From a virus, in the IMG/VR virus record IMGVR_UViG_3300047284_000516, positions 1-64,000 of that record: a DNA stretch of 64,000 nt, one strand, 5' to 3'. Position 1 is the first letter of the stretch. Each line of letters starts with the position of its first letter. Under the pieces are notes generated by a model. The model was given only the letters and a program-made list of their open reading frames with translations. It had not been told where the DNA came from and did no database searches. Below are positions 47,005-57,456 of this stretch, piece by piece. The position numbers and the translations under genes were made by a program.

Positions 47005-47511
47005 ATGATTAAAAATACTGATGTTAGAGTAAAAAGTAGAGAGACCATATTTGTTTCACGCCAACTTCTATATGGGCGCAGTAAGCGTATTAGTTATGTA
47101 AAGACAGCGATCGCTCTGATAGATAGGTCATTACCTGAATTCCGTAAACTACTCAATCTTCCTGATCTGTTGGTTTTTAGGATCAGTAGAATGAAAGGTA
47201 AATATGCAGGGAAGTATTGTAGTGGAGATAATGTGGTATGGCTTTCACCTCTCGCTAAGTGGGAGCAGTTACTAGAAACTATTGCCCATGAGCTTGTCCA
47301 TGCTGAACAATATCATCAGAAACGATTATCTTCTGTTTTCCTAGATCGTACAGGTTGGGTGCTTCAGTGGAATGGAGATCTTAATTATTCTAAGGGTACT
47401 ACATATAATTCATATCGTAAACAGCCTTGGGAAATAGAAGCTTTTGATCGGCAGGGGCCTCTTGCAGATCAGATCAAACAATACTTTGAAAGAGAAGGAA
47501 TTACACTATGA
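47005..47511 (+). CDS. HExxH zinc metallopeptidase-like protein
   Basis: TIAHELVHAEQY...QPWEIEA; same family as 40504-40974. Confidence 0.75.
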   Translation: MIKNTDVRVKSRETIFVSRQLLYGRSKRISYVKTAIALIDRSLPEFRKLLNLPDLLVFRISRMKGKYAGKYCSGDNVVWLSPLAKWEQLLETIAHELVHAEQYHQKRLSSVFLDRTGWVLQWNGDLNYSKGTTYNSYRKQPWEIEAFDRQGPLADQIKQYFEREGITL

Positions 47512-47939
47512 AATACACAGTAGCATTGGAAGAAAATGAGGACGGTGAGCTTGTACTGCCTGTTACCCAAGCAATCCTCGATGAGGTAGGTTGGAAAGAG
47601 GGAGATACGCTAGTGTGGTCAGATAATGGGGATGGCACATTTACGTTGACCCGCAAACCTCAGGAAACAGAGCTTGTGATGGTGGAAGCAATATCTCAGT
47701 TTCGTATGAGATATTGCGTAGAGGTTCCCAAAGGAAAACGTGAATATGCGCTTGATACTGTGGTGATGGAAGAGGCTAAGGAATTCTCACAGTTGTCTCT
47801 TGGGGAAACTATTGTTTCCGATCGTATCGTTTCATTAGAAGATGCAATCCAATTGTTCAGAGAGGAACACAATTATCTTACATCGTGGTCTGATGAACAG
47901 ATTATCGGCTTCTGCATTACCAAAATCAATGGCAGTTGA
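47508..47939 (+). CDS. AbrB/MazE-like N-terminal domain protein
   Basis: DGELVLPVTQAILDEVGWKEGDTLVW swapped-hairpin pattern. Confidence 0.6.
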   Translation: MKYTVALEENEDGELVLPVTQAILDEVGWKEGDTLVWSDNGDGTFTLTRKPQETELVMVEAISQFRMRYCVEVPKGKREYALDTVVMEEAKEFSQLSLGETIVSDRIVSLEDAIQLFREEHNYLTSWSDEQIIGFCITKINGS

Positions 47940-48426
47940 AATATACGAGAATTTTTTGGAGATCAAGCTGCTAGATGAGTTGAGGAGATATCAAACAAAC
48001 CTTCTCAAATCTAAGCAGCATAGTTTATTTACTAATATGACCTGGGAGCAGACGATAGTTCTTGAAAGTGCTCCGGTTTTAATTCATACTTTGGCCAGCG
48101 ACACCACTTTATATGAACAAATACATCAAACAATTACAACAAAGATTGAAATGCTGCCAAAGCATATCATGCTCTACACATGGACTCGATTTAGCTATAT
48201 TCCATGGCATAATGATTGGACCCACAAAGCAGGTCTTACAGTATATTTAAATAAATCCAAAACTGTTAATTCAGGTGGTATTTTCTTGTATAAAGAAGAT
48301 GAACAAATTAAAGGAATTGCTCCGGAAGGAAATCAAGCAGTCCTAGTACGAGGTGGTGTTGAACATTGTGTTACCCCAGTTATAAGTACAGGAGTACTTC
48401 GTAATACACTACAAGTGTTCTTTTAA
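47929..48426 (+). CDS. 2OG-Fe(II) oxygenase
   Basis: IPWHND, TVYLN, GGIFLY, EHCVTPV, RNTLQVF; start reassigned to MAVEIY. Confidence 0.82.
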   Translation: MAVEIYENFLEIKLLDELRRYQTNLLKSKQHSLFTNMTWEQTIVLESAPVLIHTLASDTTLYEQIHQTITTKIEMLPKHIMLYTWTRFSYIPWHNDWTHKAGLTVYLNKSKTVNSGGIFLYKEDEQIKGIAPEGNQAVLVRGGVEHCVTPVISTGVLRNTLQVFF

Positions 48427-50103
48427 ATGAAAAATAATGTAACCTTTGTAACCGGTATTTGGGACATGGGTCGTGATCAGCTTACGGATGGGTTTGGTCG
48501 ACCTTTCTCACATTATCTTGAGCGTTTTGAGCGCCTTCTCAATCTGAATATCAACTTAGTGGTCTTTGGGCCCAAACAGTTGGAAAATATAGTTTTGGCA
48601 AGGAGCTCTCGCAACAGAACTTTCTTCAAGCAAAAAGAACTTTCTGACTTCGATTCTTGGTTTCCTTTCTTCGATAAGGTGGATCAGCTCCGCACAAGCA
48701 GCGAGTGGCTATATGATCAGCCGACATGGCTATACCAATCCCCTCAAGCAGCTCTGAAGTATTACAATCCCGTTATCATGTCTAAGTTTTTTATGTTGAA
48801 TGATGCAATGTATTTTGATGGACATGCATCAGATTATTATTTTTGGATAGATGGTGGATTAATTAATACTGTCCCAGCAGAGAAAATAGTAAATGCTAAT
48901 TATACTCCTGAATATCTAAAAGCCAATAATGCTGAGGATAAACTTCTATTCCTCAGCTTTGATTATCAAGGTAGTCATGAGATTCACGGATTTAAACGAG
49001 AGGGATTGGAAACCTTCTGTGGGAAGAAGACAACGAGAGTTCCTCGAGGAGGATTTTTTGGTGGTAGAAAGGATATTGTTAGATCATTTAATCCACGATA
49101 CTATGATCACCTAAGTCAGTCTCTTCATGCTGGTTATATGGGAACTGAAGAGAGCGTGTTTTGTATTCTTGATGCAAAATATCCAGAAGACATCCACCAT
49201 TTTAATGTGGATGGGGGAGCATTGTATCCCTTTTTTAATCATTTGCAGCAACACCAAGTACCAGAAGAAACGGTCAAAGTGTATGATCGTTCCTTTGATC
49301 AATTGAAGACCGCAATCTATATTCTCACATTCAATAGTCCAGAACAAACAGAGTGGTTGCTAAGATCATTTGAGTTGGCAGATCCCAATTTTATTATCAA
49401 ACCAGATATTTTTCTTATCGATAATTCAACGAATAAAAATACTACCCTTTCCTATCAAAAGCTTTGTAAACAGTATGGGATCACATATCTAAAGCAAAAG
49501 GAAAACATAGGAATTACTGGGGGCAGACTATTTGCAGCAAAGCATTTTCATCAAAATGACTATGACTATTATCTATTTTTTGAAGATGATATGATGCTCC
49601 ATGCACCATCATATACTACTTGTAATGCAGGATATCCTTCTTACAAAACTAATCTGTTTAACAAGACACTACACATCATCCATGAGGAAAAATATGATTT
49701 TTTGAAGCTGAGTTTTTCCGAATTTTATGGAACAAACAAGAAGCAATGGGCATGGTATAATATCGATGATCATATTAGAGAGAAGTGGTTTCCAGACCAT
49801 CCAACCAAACACAACTATGCCGAGGCTCCAGAAACGATCTTTGGACCGAAAAAATCCTACCAAGATGTTGACTATATGGAGGGAGAGTGCTATTATTGTA
49901 ATTGGCCTTTGTGGTTTTCAAGAGAGGGTAATTATAAGGTCTTCATTGAACCTGGTAACAGTTATCCATCCGAACAATGGGTTATGAAGAATACATTCTA
50001 CTTGCAACGAGAGGGATATGTTAAAGCAGCAATACTACAACTGTCTCCCATCAATCATTATAGATTTGCTCACTATGAGCAAGAAGAGAGGAAAGAAGTA
50101 TGA
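48427..50103 (+). CDS. HtrL/YibB(WlaTC)-like glycosyltransferase fused to a GT2-like domain
   Basis: N-half VTGIWDMGR...YFWIDGG...GGFFGG...MGTEES; C-half YILTFN...LIDNS...FFEDD. Confidence 0.7.
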   Translation: MKNNVTFVTGIWDMGRDQLTDGFGRPFSHYLERFERLLNLNINLVVFGPKQLENIVLARSSRNRTFFKQKELSDFDSWFPFFDKVDQLRTSSEWLYDQPTWLYQSPQAALKYYNPVIMSKFFMLNDAMYFDGHASDYYFWIDGGLINTVPAEKIVNANYTPEYLKANNAEDKLLFLSFDYQGSHEIHGFKREGLETFCGKKTTRVPRGGFFGGRKDIVRSFNPRYYDHLSQSLHAGYMGTEESVFCILDAKYPEDIHHFNVDGGALYPFFNHLQQHQVPEETVKVYDRSFDQLKTAIYILTFNSPEQTEWLLRSFELADPNFIIKPDIFLIDNSTNKNTTLSYQKLCKQYGITYLKQKENIGITGGRLFAAKHFHQNDYDYYLFFEDDMMLHAPSYTTCNAGYPSYKTNLFNKTLHIIHEEKYDFLKLSFSEFYGTNKKQWAWYNIDDHIREKWFPDHPTKHNYAEAPETIFGPKKSYQDVDYMEGECYYCNWPLWFSREGNYKVFIEPGNSYPSEQWVMKNTFYLQREGYVKAAILQLSPINHYRFAHYEQEERKEV

Positions 50104-50717
50104 CGTGGACCTTTGATTTTGAAATGCCTACAACAAAGCTGAAGGATCAAGATCTTACGGATTTTAATATCCATGAATGTTTTCTGTGGAAAGAGGCAAC
50201 AACGGAAGATGATTTAAAATTTGCAGCTGATCTGATTATAGATCAACATGCAACAATTGGTAATGATAATACTGTGAAAAAGGATATTCGCAATCACCTT
50301 ATAGGGGAAGAAATAGAGATTGATGCAAAAAGTGGGTCCTTTTTCATGTTGCTCAAGGAAAGGATCAACTCGGTAAATTTCTTTCACTATAATTATCGTC
50401 TGTGGTCTGTAGAAGCACTCCTACCCTGTAAATATGATGAAAATCATTTTTATAAGATGCATAGTGATCGTATTATGCAAAAATCTAACGTTGAACGAAA
50501 AATGACGGTTTTGATAGGTCTTACTAATGAGTCAGCATATCAGGGTGGCGAGGTAATTGTCTCAGCTTCGGGGAATGATAAATATTCCACGATTGTAAGG
50601 TTAAATCGGGGCGATATGCTTTTTATTCCATCGTTTGTTCCTTACAGTGTCTCTAAAATAAAAAGTGGCAGCAATCAAATGTTAATATCTTGGGTACTAG
50701 GTCCCAAGTTTGTATAA
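50100..50717 (+). CDS. 2OG-Fe(II) oxygenase-like protein, distal His apparently replaced
   Basis: MHSD, RKMTV, YQGGE, FIPSFVPYSVSKI, LISWVLGP. Confidence 0.7.
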   Translation: MTWTFDFEMPTTKLKDQDLTDFNIHECFLWKEATTEDDLKFAADLIIDQHATIGNDNTVKKDIRNHLIGEEIEIDAKSGSFFMLLKERINSVNFFHYNYRLWSVEALLPCKYDENHFYKMHSDRIMQKSNVERKMTVLIGLTNESAYQGGEVIVSASGNDKYSTIVRLNRGDMLFIPSFVPYSVSKIKSGSNQMLISWVLGPKFV

Positions 50718-51375
50718 AATAGGAGCAACCATGGACGCAGGATTAATTGCAAGCGCCTTTGATGAATTTAATACAACAAAGGGAAACGGCCCAACAGCCG
50801 AAGATGGCAGTATTCTTACTGGCCACATGTATCACAATGCATATTCACGAGTACTGGCTACACGATATCCAGCCTCTTTGCTTGAAGTTGGGGTAACGAG
50901 AGGACGATCAATTGCCGCTTGGAAAAAACTTCTTCCAGAGGCTCAAATTGCTGGTATTGACAAAGTTGATCCTTTAACCATTGATGATGGCTATGTTGGT
51001 CTTTTCCCAAGAGCACCAGATACTTCTACCTGGGACCTGTTTGTTGGTGACGCTACTCGTCGCTCCTTCACATCAACGATTCCCAATACATATGATATTA
51101 TTGTTGATGATACCAACGCCACGTGGGAAGAGCGTTGTGCAATTTTCGATAACCTGATTGACAAATGCAACAACATTTATGTGTTGGAGAGTATTCAGGG
51201 TGCCCGCCATGAGCGATTTATTCGCAATATGGTTAAAGCTAAAGGTTATACTAATATTCTAACATTTGATTCTCGTTTGCAGGGAATGATTGCATACAGT
51301 GGTGGTCCAGAAGAGTCGTTTACATATATGATGATGGTGGTGATTAAAGATGATTCTGTGCAATTGGCGGGGTAA
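50710..51375 (+). CDS. Class I SAM-dependent methyltransferase-like protein
   Basis: LLEVGVTRGRS, IAGID, YDIIVDD, YVLE. Confidence 0.7.
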   Translation: MYKIGATMDAGLIASAFDEFNTTKGNGPTAEDGSILTGHMYHNAYSRVLATRYPASLLEVGVTRGRSIAAWKKLLPEAQIAGIDKVDPLTIDDGYVGLFPRAPDTSTWDLFVGDATRRSFTSTIPNTYDIIVDDTNATWEERCAIFDNLIDKCNNIYVLESIQGARHERFIRNMVKAKGYTNILTFDSRLQGMIAYSGGPEESFTYMMMVVIKDDSVQLAG

Positions 51376-52126
51376 GATTGGATATGGTGATATAATTTCG
51401 CCAATTTGTTATGCGCATAACATTGCATCTAGACTAGAAACACCTTTTTATCTGAACTTTCACTGGCCCTTTTCTAAGGGCCATAAAATTAATCAGCACG
51501 ATCCTGAGACCCTATATGATCGTGCTGATATTGTTGCATCTTACTGTGTTCCAGCTGATGTAAAAATCAATCATATCTTCAATTCTTCTCTCCCCTACAA
51601 TCACAATGCTTACAGCTTTGTCGATGGGTTACATAATCATTGGTACTCTAAAATTACCAATCTACCAGTCAATCAATATAAAATAGTGGTTTGTGGCACA
51701 CATCATAATGAAATTCCGTTAGATCAATATGGTAAGCCATGGAAGGATCCAGTAGGTCCTAAGGAATGGAGAAAGTTGGTAACTGATCTTTCAGTGGATC
51801 ATCTACCTGTAGAGGTCAGCTATCGGACACCACTAAAAGATCTAATAGAGGAGCTTTCCACATCATCGTTGTATATTGGGTATCATGGATCTGCTGCATG
51901 GGTAGCAAGATTCATTGGAATTCCATCTATCATCTTTTCTTCCAACACCGACCTCACTCGAATGAGTTTTATGGGGGCTTTAGTCAAAGCAACAATGGAA
52001 AGCACATTTGTTCATTCTATAAATCAATATCGAACCATTAGTTTAGAAAAACTCAATACCTTTCAAAGGCAGTTTATGAATTATCAAATACCTTCCAAAT
52101 TAATTAAAGAGCTGAGAACAACATGA
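51350..52126 (+). CDS. GT-B glycosyltransferase (GT9 heptosyltransferase-like)
   Basis: IGYGDII, LYIGYHGSAAWVARFIGIPSIIF. Confidence 0.6.
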   Translation: MILCNWRGKIGYGDIISPICYAHNIASRLETPFYLNFHWPFSKGHKINQHDPETLYDRADIVASYCVPADVKINHIFNSSLPYNHNAYSFVDGLHNHWYSKITNLPVNQYKIVVCGTHHNEIPLDQYGKPWKDPVGPKEWRKLVTDLSVDHLPVEVSYRTPLKDLIEELSTSSLYIGYHGSAAWVARFIGIPSIIFSSNTDLTRMSFMGALVKATMESTFVHSINQYRTISLEKLNTFQRQFMNYQIPSKLIKELRTT

Positions 52127-52797
52127 AAATTTTTATTGGTTATGATTCTCGTGAGCATATAGCAGCAGAAGTCTGTAGGTTTTCAATTCTTAGAAAAAAT
52201 CCTAATTTGGATGTAACATTCCTTAAGACGGATTCCATACCCGAATACACTCGGCCTCGTGAGTTGCAGCAATCAACGGATTTTACATATACAAGATTTC
52301 TAGTTCCATACTTATCCAACTTCAAAGGATATTCCTTATTTGTTGATTGTGATTTCCTATTTCTTGATGATCCGGAAGAGTTATTAAAATACATAACCAC
52401 CGACCACGCTATTGCAGTTTGTAAGCATCCCTCCTATGTTCCCAGAACAGCTATGAAGATGGATGGTATCAAACAAACAAATATTAACCGTAAGAATTGG
52501 GCAAGCTTGATATTGTATAACAACGAGCACAGTTTTAATAGAATTCTTACTCCTGATTATATTAACACAATAAAACCAGGAAGATTGCTGCATCAGCTGT
52601 TCTGGTTGAGAGATGAGTTGATATCATCAATTCCACTAGATTGGAACTGTTTGGATGATTATTATTACTTGGAGCAACCCAAAGCAATCCATTATACAGA
52701 TGGAGGACCATGGTTTCCAAATTATCAAAAGACGTGCTACTCATCACTATGGAAAGCAGTTTATGACCTCTACAAACACGATACTGAATTTAACTGA
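52123..52797 (+). CDS. GT8-like glycosyltransferase
   Basis: IFIGYDSRE, STDFTYTRFLVP, FVDCDFL (DxD), RKNWAS, IHYTDGGPW. Confidence 0.8.
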   Translation: MKIFIGYDSREHIAAEVCRFSILRKNPNLDVTFLKTDSIPEYTRPRELQQSTDFTYTRFLVPYLSNFKGYSLFVDCDFLFLDDPEELLKYITTDHAIAVCKHPSYVPRTAMKMDGIKQTNINRKNWASLILYNNEHSFNRILTPDYINTIKPGRLLHQLFWLRDELISSIPLDWNCLDDYYYLEQPKAIHYTDGGPWFPNYQKTCYSSLWKAVYDLYKHDTEFN

Positions 52798-53269
52798 TCA
52801 ATACACACAGCTACATAAAGATCCTTCTATTTTTAGAGGATATTCACTATCCGAACATATCCCAGCAATTCAAACCATAGTACAAAATAGCAATATCAAG
52901 ACGTTGTTGGATTATGGCTGCGGTAAAGCTGAGATGTATGATCTTCATAGATTAAGACAATTGTGGAAATTGGATTCCATTTCATTATATGATATTGGAG
53001 TTCCCAAGTACACCTCAAAGCCTGTGGGACGGTTTGATATGACGGTTTGTGTAGATGTTCTTGAGCATATTCCATTGGAGCTTTTAGATCAGACAATGGA
53101 TGAGTTGAATAAATATACCAGCAAAGTTCTATATCTTTGTGTCAGTTGCCACCCTGCATCAAAGAAACTTCCTGATGGAAGGAATGCACATCTGAATGTA
53201 CAAACAAAGGAGTGGTGGAAGCAAAGAATTAAACAAATGGATGTTTACACCAAACTCACCTTTTCATGA
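52763..53269 (+). CDS. Class I SAM-dependent methyltransferase
   Basis: LLDYGCGKA, FDMTVCVDVLEHIP, GRNAH; start reassigned to MTSTN. Confidence 0.82.
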   Translation: MTSTNTILNLTDQYTQLHKDPSIFRGYSLSEHIPAIQTIVQNSNIKTLLDYGCGKAEMYDLHRLRQLWKLDSISLYDIGVPKYTSKPVGRFDMTVCVDVLEHIPLELLDQTMDELNKYTSKVLYLCVSCHPASKKLPDGRNAHLNVQTKEWWKQRIKQMDVYTKLTFS

Positions 53270-54015
53270 TCAATATCATCCTCACATATTATAATGAACC
53301 TCACTTCCTTAAGTGGTGGCATTATAAAATAAATCAGTATAACGAGCATGTTCCAAACAGCTGTATGCTGACAATTGTTGATGATGGATCTATGGAGCAG
53401 CCTGCATCTAATTTCTTCAACAATGTATCCAAAGCCCATTGCAGTCTCTATCGAATCACCGAAGATATAGGCTTTAATAGCCATGGAGCTCGTAACCTCG
53501 CTATGAGATTGACTGATACCAAATGGAACTTCCTATCTGATATTGATAGACGGTATTATGATGAATCAATGTATGATATCTTTCGCAAAGTGAAGGAGGA
53601 TTCCCTCGATCCATCCATCTACTATCGTTTCGTTCCAGTTAATGAAAGGTGGCCCACATCTATTAACGACTTTATTGTAGCTAAGGAATTATTTTGGAAG
53701 ACTGGTGGGTATGATGAGGAGTTTGCCAATTGTCATTGGGGAGATAGATTATTTTTTGAGAATTTAGATCAATTTGCACAGCCATCTTTGGATCAAAAAT
53801 GGGTTATCAAATATATGAGGAATGCGAGACACGTGGAGTATTCAGATACATTTAAGACTCTATATCCAGACGATAATACTCTTATTCATCCTAATGTATG
53901 GAAAAATGATAGGTTAAGAACTGGTTTAGTAAACTATGTTTCTGAGAGAAATAAATACGAGCACATGAGACAAAGAAAACCCATTATCCAATACTCTTGG
54001 GAAAGAATATTCTAG
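53266..54015 (+). CDS. GT2/GT7-like glycosyltransferase
   Basis: IVDDGS, GARNLAM, LSDID, TGGYDEEF...WGD. Confidence 0.78.
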   Translation: MINIILTYYNEPHFLKWWHYKINQYNEHVPNSCMLTIVDDGSMEQPASNFFNNVSKAHCSLYRITEDIGFNSHGARNLAMRLTDTKWNFLSDIDRRYYDESMYDIFRKVKEDSLDPSIYYRFVPVNERWPTSINDFIVAKELFWKTGGYDEEFANCHWGDRLFFENLDQFAQPSLDQKWVIKYMRNARHVEYSDTFKTLYPDDNTLIHPNVWKNDRLRTGLVNYVSERNKYEHMRQRKPIIQYSWERIF

Positions 54016-55776
54016 ATGTACTTAGAAGAAAAACTAACACCAGAATCCAAACTCACCCACCTCGAGCATGTTGAGGATCACTTCTTGAATAGTGGCCATA
54101 GCGGCTATCATCATGGGGTTAACAACCTACAATCGGTTAAGGATCACCTTCAAGGTAAGCAATCAGCTGCAACCATCTCAACGAAATACGATGGTAGTCC
54201 TTCTATAGTTTTTGGTCGTCATCCAGATACTGGTAGATTTTTTGTTGGATCCAAATCTGTGTTTAATGTGGAACCTAAAATCAACTACAGTGAAGAGGAT
54301 ATTGACAGAAATCATGGCCATGCCCCTGGATTAGCACAAAAGCTGAAACATGCTCTTAGACATCTACCAAAAGTAACCCCGCCCACTGGAGTGTTCCAGG
54401 GGGATGTGATGTATTCGAGAGAAAAGGAAGGAGATGATGTTACTGAAAAGGATGGAAAATATCACTTCACTCCAAATACCATCACATACTCAACAGATAA
54501 AAATTCCGAACATGGTAAGGCTATCAAAAAAGCTAAATTTGGTGTTGTGGTGCATACGGCCTATAAGGGTAAAAGTTTTGATAAGTTGGAGGCGGAATAT
54601 AATCCAGAGATTCGAGATTTCCAATCGCATCCAGATGTTCATGTCATTTCGTCAGCGTTCAAACCATCGAAAAAGCTTTCTCCTCAAAAGTCAAAACAAG
54701 TTGAATCGCATATTGCCGAGGCTGATAAAGCAATAGGGAAGTTTGATGTAAATCCACATCCGAGCGTCTCAGATCATCACAGCGACCTCAAATCATATAT
54801 CAATCAGCAGATTGTTGCTAGTGCAAAGCCAACAGTAGAAGGCTACAAGAAGTGGGCCACTGACAAAGCGATCAAAGAGGCTTCAAAGGTCAAGACTCCA
54901 GCAGTAAAGGCTGCAAAGTTGGCAAAGCATCAAACAAGAATGAATGTTGTGGATCAGAACAGAGGACACTTTCAAGCTGCCATTGATACTCACCATCATC
55001 TCCAACAAGCAAAGGGGATTTTGGTCGATCATATGTCTTCATCTTCAGAGTTTGAAACATCAGTGAATGGTAAAAAAGTAAAACCAGAGGGCTTTGTTAG
55101 TGTTATTAACAATAGACCAACCAAGCTCGTGGATAGGGAAGAGTTTAGTAGAACTAACGCTTTGATATCAAAGAATAGAAAAGAGCAAGCCCCAGAAGAG
55201 ACAAGAAAGGGAAGGCATATTACGATCAGCTACGGTCGGATGAATCCCCCACATACAGGTCATCAGCTTCTTGCAAAGAAATTAATCGACAATGCTAATG
55301 AAGAGGGCGGAGATCATCTTCTCGTTCTTTCTCACTCAACTGATCCCAAAAAGAATCCACTAACTCCTGAACAGAAGCTAAAGCACGCAAAGAGACTGTT
55401 CCCGGAAAACAATATCAAGGTATCGGACAGTAATAGTCCTACTCTTCTCCATCATCTAGCAAATCTGCATGCAAAAGGATATGAACATGCTACTGTGGTA
55501 GCTGGATCCGATAGAGTACCAGAGTTCGAAAAGCTAGTTAATAAATACAATGGAGTGAAGGGATCGCATGGATTCTACAACTTCAAAACAATCAAGATTG
55601 CTAGCAGTGGAGAAAGAGATCCAGATTCAGATGAAGCAGAAGGTAACTCTGCTTCTAAGATGAGAGGGCATGTCACAAATAATGACTTCCCCAAGTTCAA
55701 AAAAGGTTTACCTTCCCACGTATCAGATCAACACGCTAAAGAACTTTATAATGATGTAAAGAATGGCATGAAGTAA
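54016..55776 (+). CDS. DUF6267-like domain fused to an HxGH nucleotidyl(cytidylyl)transferase
   Basis: N-part HLEHVED...TKYDGSPS...KPEGFV...KLVDREEFS; C-part GRMNPPHTGH, VAGSDRV, SASKMR. Confidence 0.78.
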   Translation: MYLEEKLTPESKLTHLEHVEDHFLNSGHSGYHHGVNNLQSVKDHLQGKQSAATISTKYDGSPSIVFGRHPDTGRFFVGSKSVFNVEPKINYSEEDIDRNHGHAPGLAQKLKHALRHLPKVTPPTGVFQGDVMYSREKEGDDVTEKDGKYHFTPNTITYSTDKNSEHGKAIKKAKFGVVVHTAYKGKSFDKLEAEYNPEIRDFQSHPDVHVISSAFKPSKKLSPQKSKQVESHIAEADKAIGKFDVNPHPSVSDHHSDLKSYINQQIVASAKPTVEGYKKWATDKAIKEASKVKTPAVKAAKLAKHQTRMNVVDQNRGHFQAAIDTHHHLQQAKGILVDHMSSSSEFETSVNGKKVKPEGFVSVINNRPTKLVDREEFSRTNALISKNRKEQAPEETRKGRHITISYGRMNPPHTGHQLLAKKLIDNANEEGGDHLLVLSHSTDPKKNPLTPEQKLKHAKRLFPENNIKVSDSNSPTLLHHLANLHAKGYEHATVVAGSDRVPEFEKLVNKYNGVKGSHGFYNFKTIKIASSGERDPDSDEAEGNSASKMRGHVTNNDFPKFKKGLPSHVSDQHAKELYNDVKNGMK

Positions 55777-55787
55777 TTGGAGATTTA

Positions 55788-57455
55788 ATGAATTATGCAA
55801 ATGTGACGTGGGGGAATTCTCACCGTTTCCCTAACTATATTGGTAGATCCTATCCCCCCTTAAAAGATACAGACTTCACTCTGGCATTTTATGGAAGCCA
55901 TAATGCCTCCTTTACAATTGCAAAGGGTGGTCAGATTTTAGAGGTACTGGAGTTCGAGCGCTTTATTAACTACAAAAATGCTGGTGCTGCCCAGTATAAA
56001 ACCCCATTACAGGAAAATATTATTCCTCTTGTAGATGGTGTGCAGAAATACTTTGAAAACAAGTACCAAGCCTTTACATACAAATATGTTCTCTATCAAA
56101 ATACTTCCGTAATTATAGATGGTATTGTGGTGGATGTACATAATATATTTCCTACATCCCATTATATCGACTGTCTCCACCACTACTCCCATGCAGCAGG
56201 ATGTTTCTATCAATCACCCTTCGAAGCTGCTCTTACGATCACTAGCGATGGAGGTGGAAATGATGGGGTGTTTAATGTGTTTTATTGTGAACGCGGTGAA
56301 GAACCTAAGTTCATAACTGAATATCCATTAGACCTAGGTTTCCCATACATGAGCTTTGGTGAATACTTGGGGGACATCAAGAGGGAATCCACTCTTGCTG
56401 ATGGTAATCTCGTATATTCTGGTAAAATCATGGGTCTTGTATCATATGGTAAAGTTAGAGAGGAGTGGGTTGAACCCATGAAGAAATATTATCTCTCGCT
56501 TCCAAGTGGAGAGACATATGCAGATTTAATCCAGCTGCTTGGTAAGCAGATGGGAATAGTATTTGATACTGAGAATAGATTATCTGGCCGAACAGCTTAC
56601 GATGTTGCCGCTACATCACAGTTTGTGTTCGAAACTATTTTGTTTGAATGTATTGATCAGCATGTAGAAGGATATCCTAATCTTCCCCTATGCTTTGCTG
56701 GGGGTTGTGCTCTCAATATTCTAGCAAATACCGCAATGTCAACTAGATATGGTAGAGAGGTATTTGTTGGACCTAACCCCAATGATTGTGGTCTTTCGTT
56801 GGGAATGATGCTAAGTGTCCTAAAACCAGAACAACCCTTTAATGCAACCTACAGTGGCCCCATGTTATTTGATACTCAGATGCTGCCCTACTATATCCAC
56901 GAACGACCCTATACTCTTCAAAATCTCAATGTTGAATATCTTGCAGAAAAGATTGCTGACGGTAAAATAGTGGGAGTAGCTAGAGGTCGTGCTGAGCATG
57001 GACCAAGAGCTCTGGGTAATAGAAGTATTCTTTGTAATCCTGCTATAGCAGATATGAAAGACATTCTTAATAAGAAAATAAAAAATAGGGAATGGTATAG
57101 ACCGTTTGCTCCGGTAGTTCGTATTGAGGATGTCAGTAAGTATTTTGAATGGGATAAGGAATGTAAATGGATGTCATTTGCTCCAATGGTCAGAGAGGAA
57201 TATAGGAACAAATTACCATCTATTACACATGTAGATGGTACTGCAAGAGTACAGACCGTCCGCAGAGAAGATAATCCTTTCCTCTATGATTTGATAACTG
57301 CAGTAGGTAATCGTACGGGTTACTATGTCCTCTTAAATACCTCCTTTAACGTTGATGGCAAACCTATCCTTTCCACCATAAAAGATGCATTAACTATTTT
57401 TGATAACAAGGAAATGGATGTGTTGGTGATAGAGGATCAGCTGATCAGTAAATAA
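55788..57455 (+). CDS. NodU/CmcH-family carbamoyltransferase (two-domain)
   Basis: HHYSHA, SDGGG, GKIMGL, GGCALN, PNDCG; C-domain EHGPRALGNRS, REWYRPFAP, HVDGTARVQT, LNTSFN. Confidence 0.93.
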   Translation: MNYANVTWGNSHRFPNYIGRSYPPLKDTDFTLAFYGSHNASFTIAKGGQILEVLEFERFINYKNAGAAQYKTPLQENIIPLVDGVQKYFENKYQAFTYKYVLYQNTSVIIDGIVVDVHNIFPTSHYIDCLHHYSHAAGCFYQSPFEAALTITSDGGGNDGVFNVFYCERGEEPKFITEYPLDLGFPYMSFGEYLGDIKRESTLADGNLVYSGKIMGLVSYGKVREEWVEPMKKYYLSLPSGETYADLIQLLGKQMGIVFDTENRLSGRTAYDVAATSQFVFETILFECIDQHVEGYPNLPLCFAGGCALNILANTAMSTRYGREVFVGPNPNDCGLSLGMMLSVLKPEQPFNATYSGPMLFDTQMLPYYIHERPYTLQNLNVEYLAEKIADGKIVGVARGRAEHGPRALGNRSILCNPAIADMKDILNKKIKNREWYRPFAPVVRIEDVSKYFEWDKECKWMSFAPMVREEYRNKLPSITHVDGTARVQTVRREDNPFLYDLITAVGNRTGYYVLLNTSFNVDGKPILSTIKDALTIFDNKEMDVLVIEDQLISK

Positions 57456-57456
57456 A

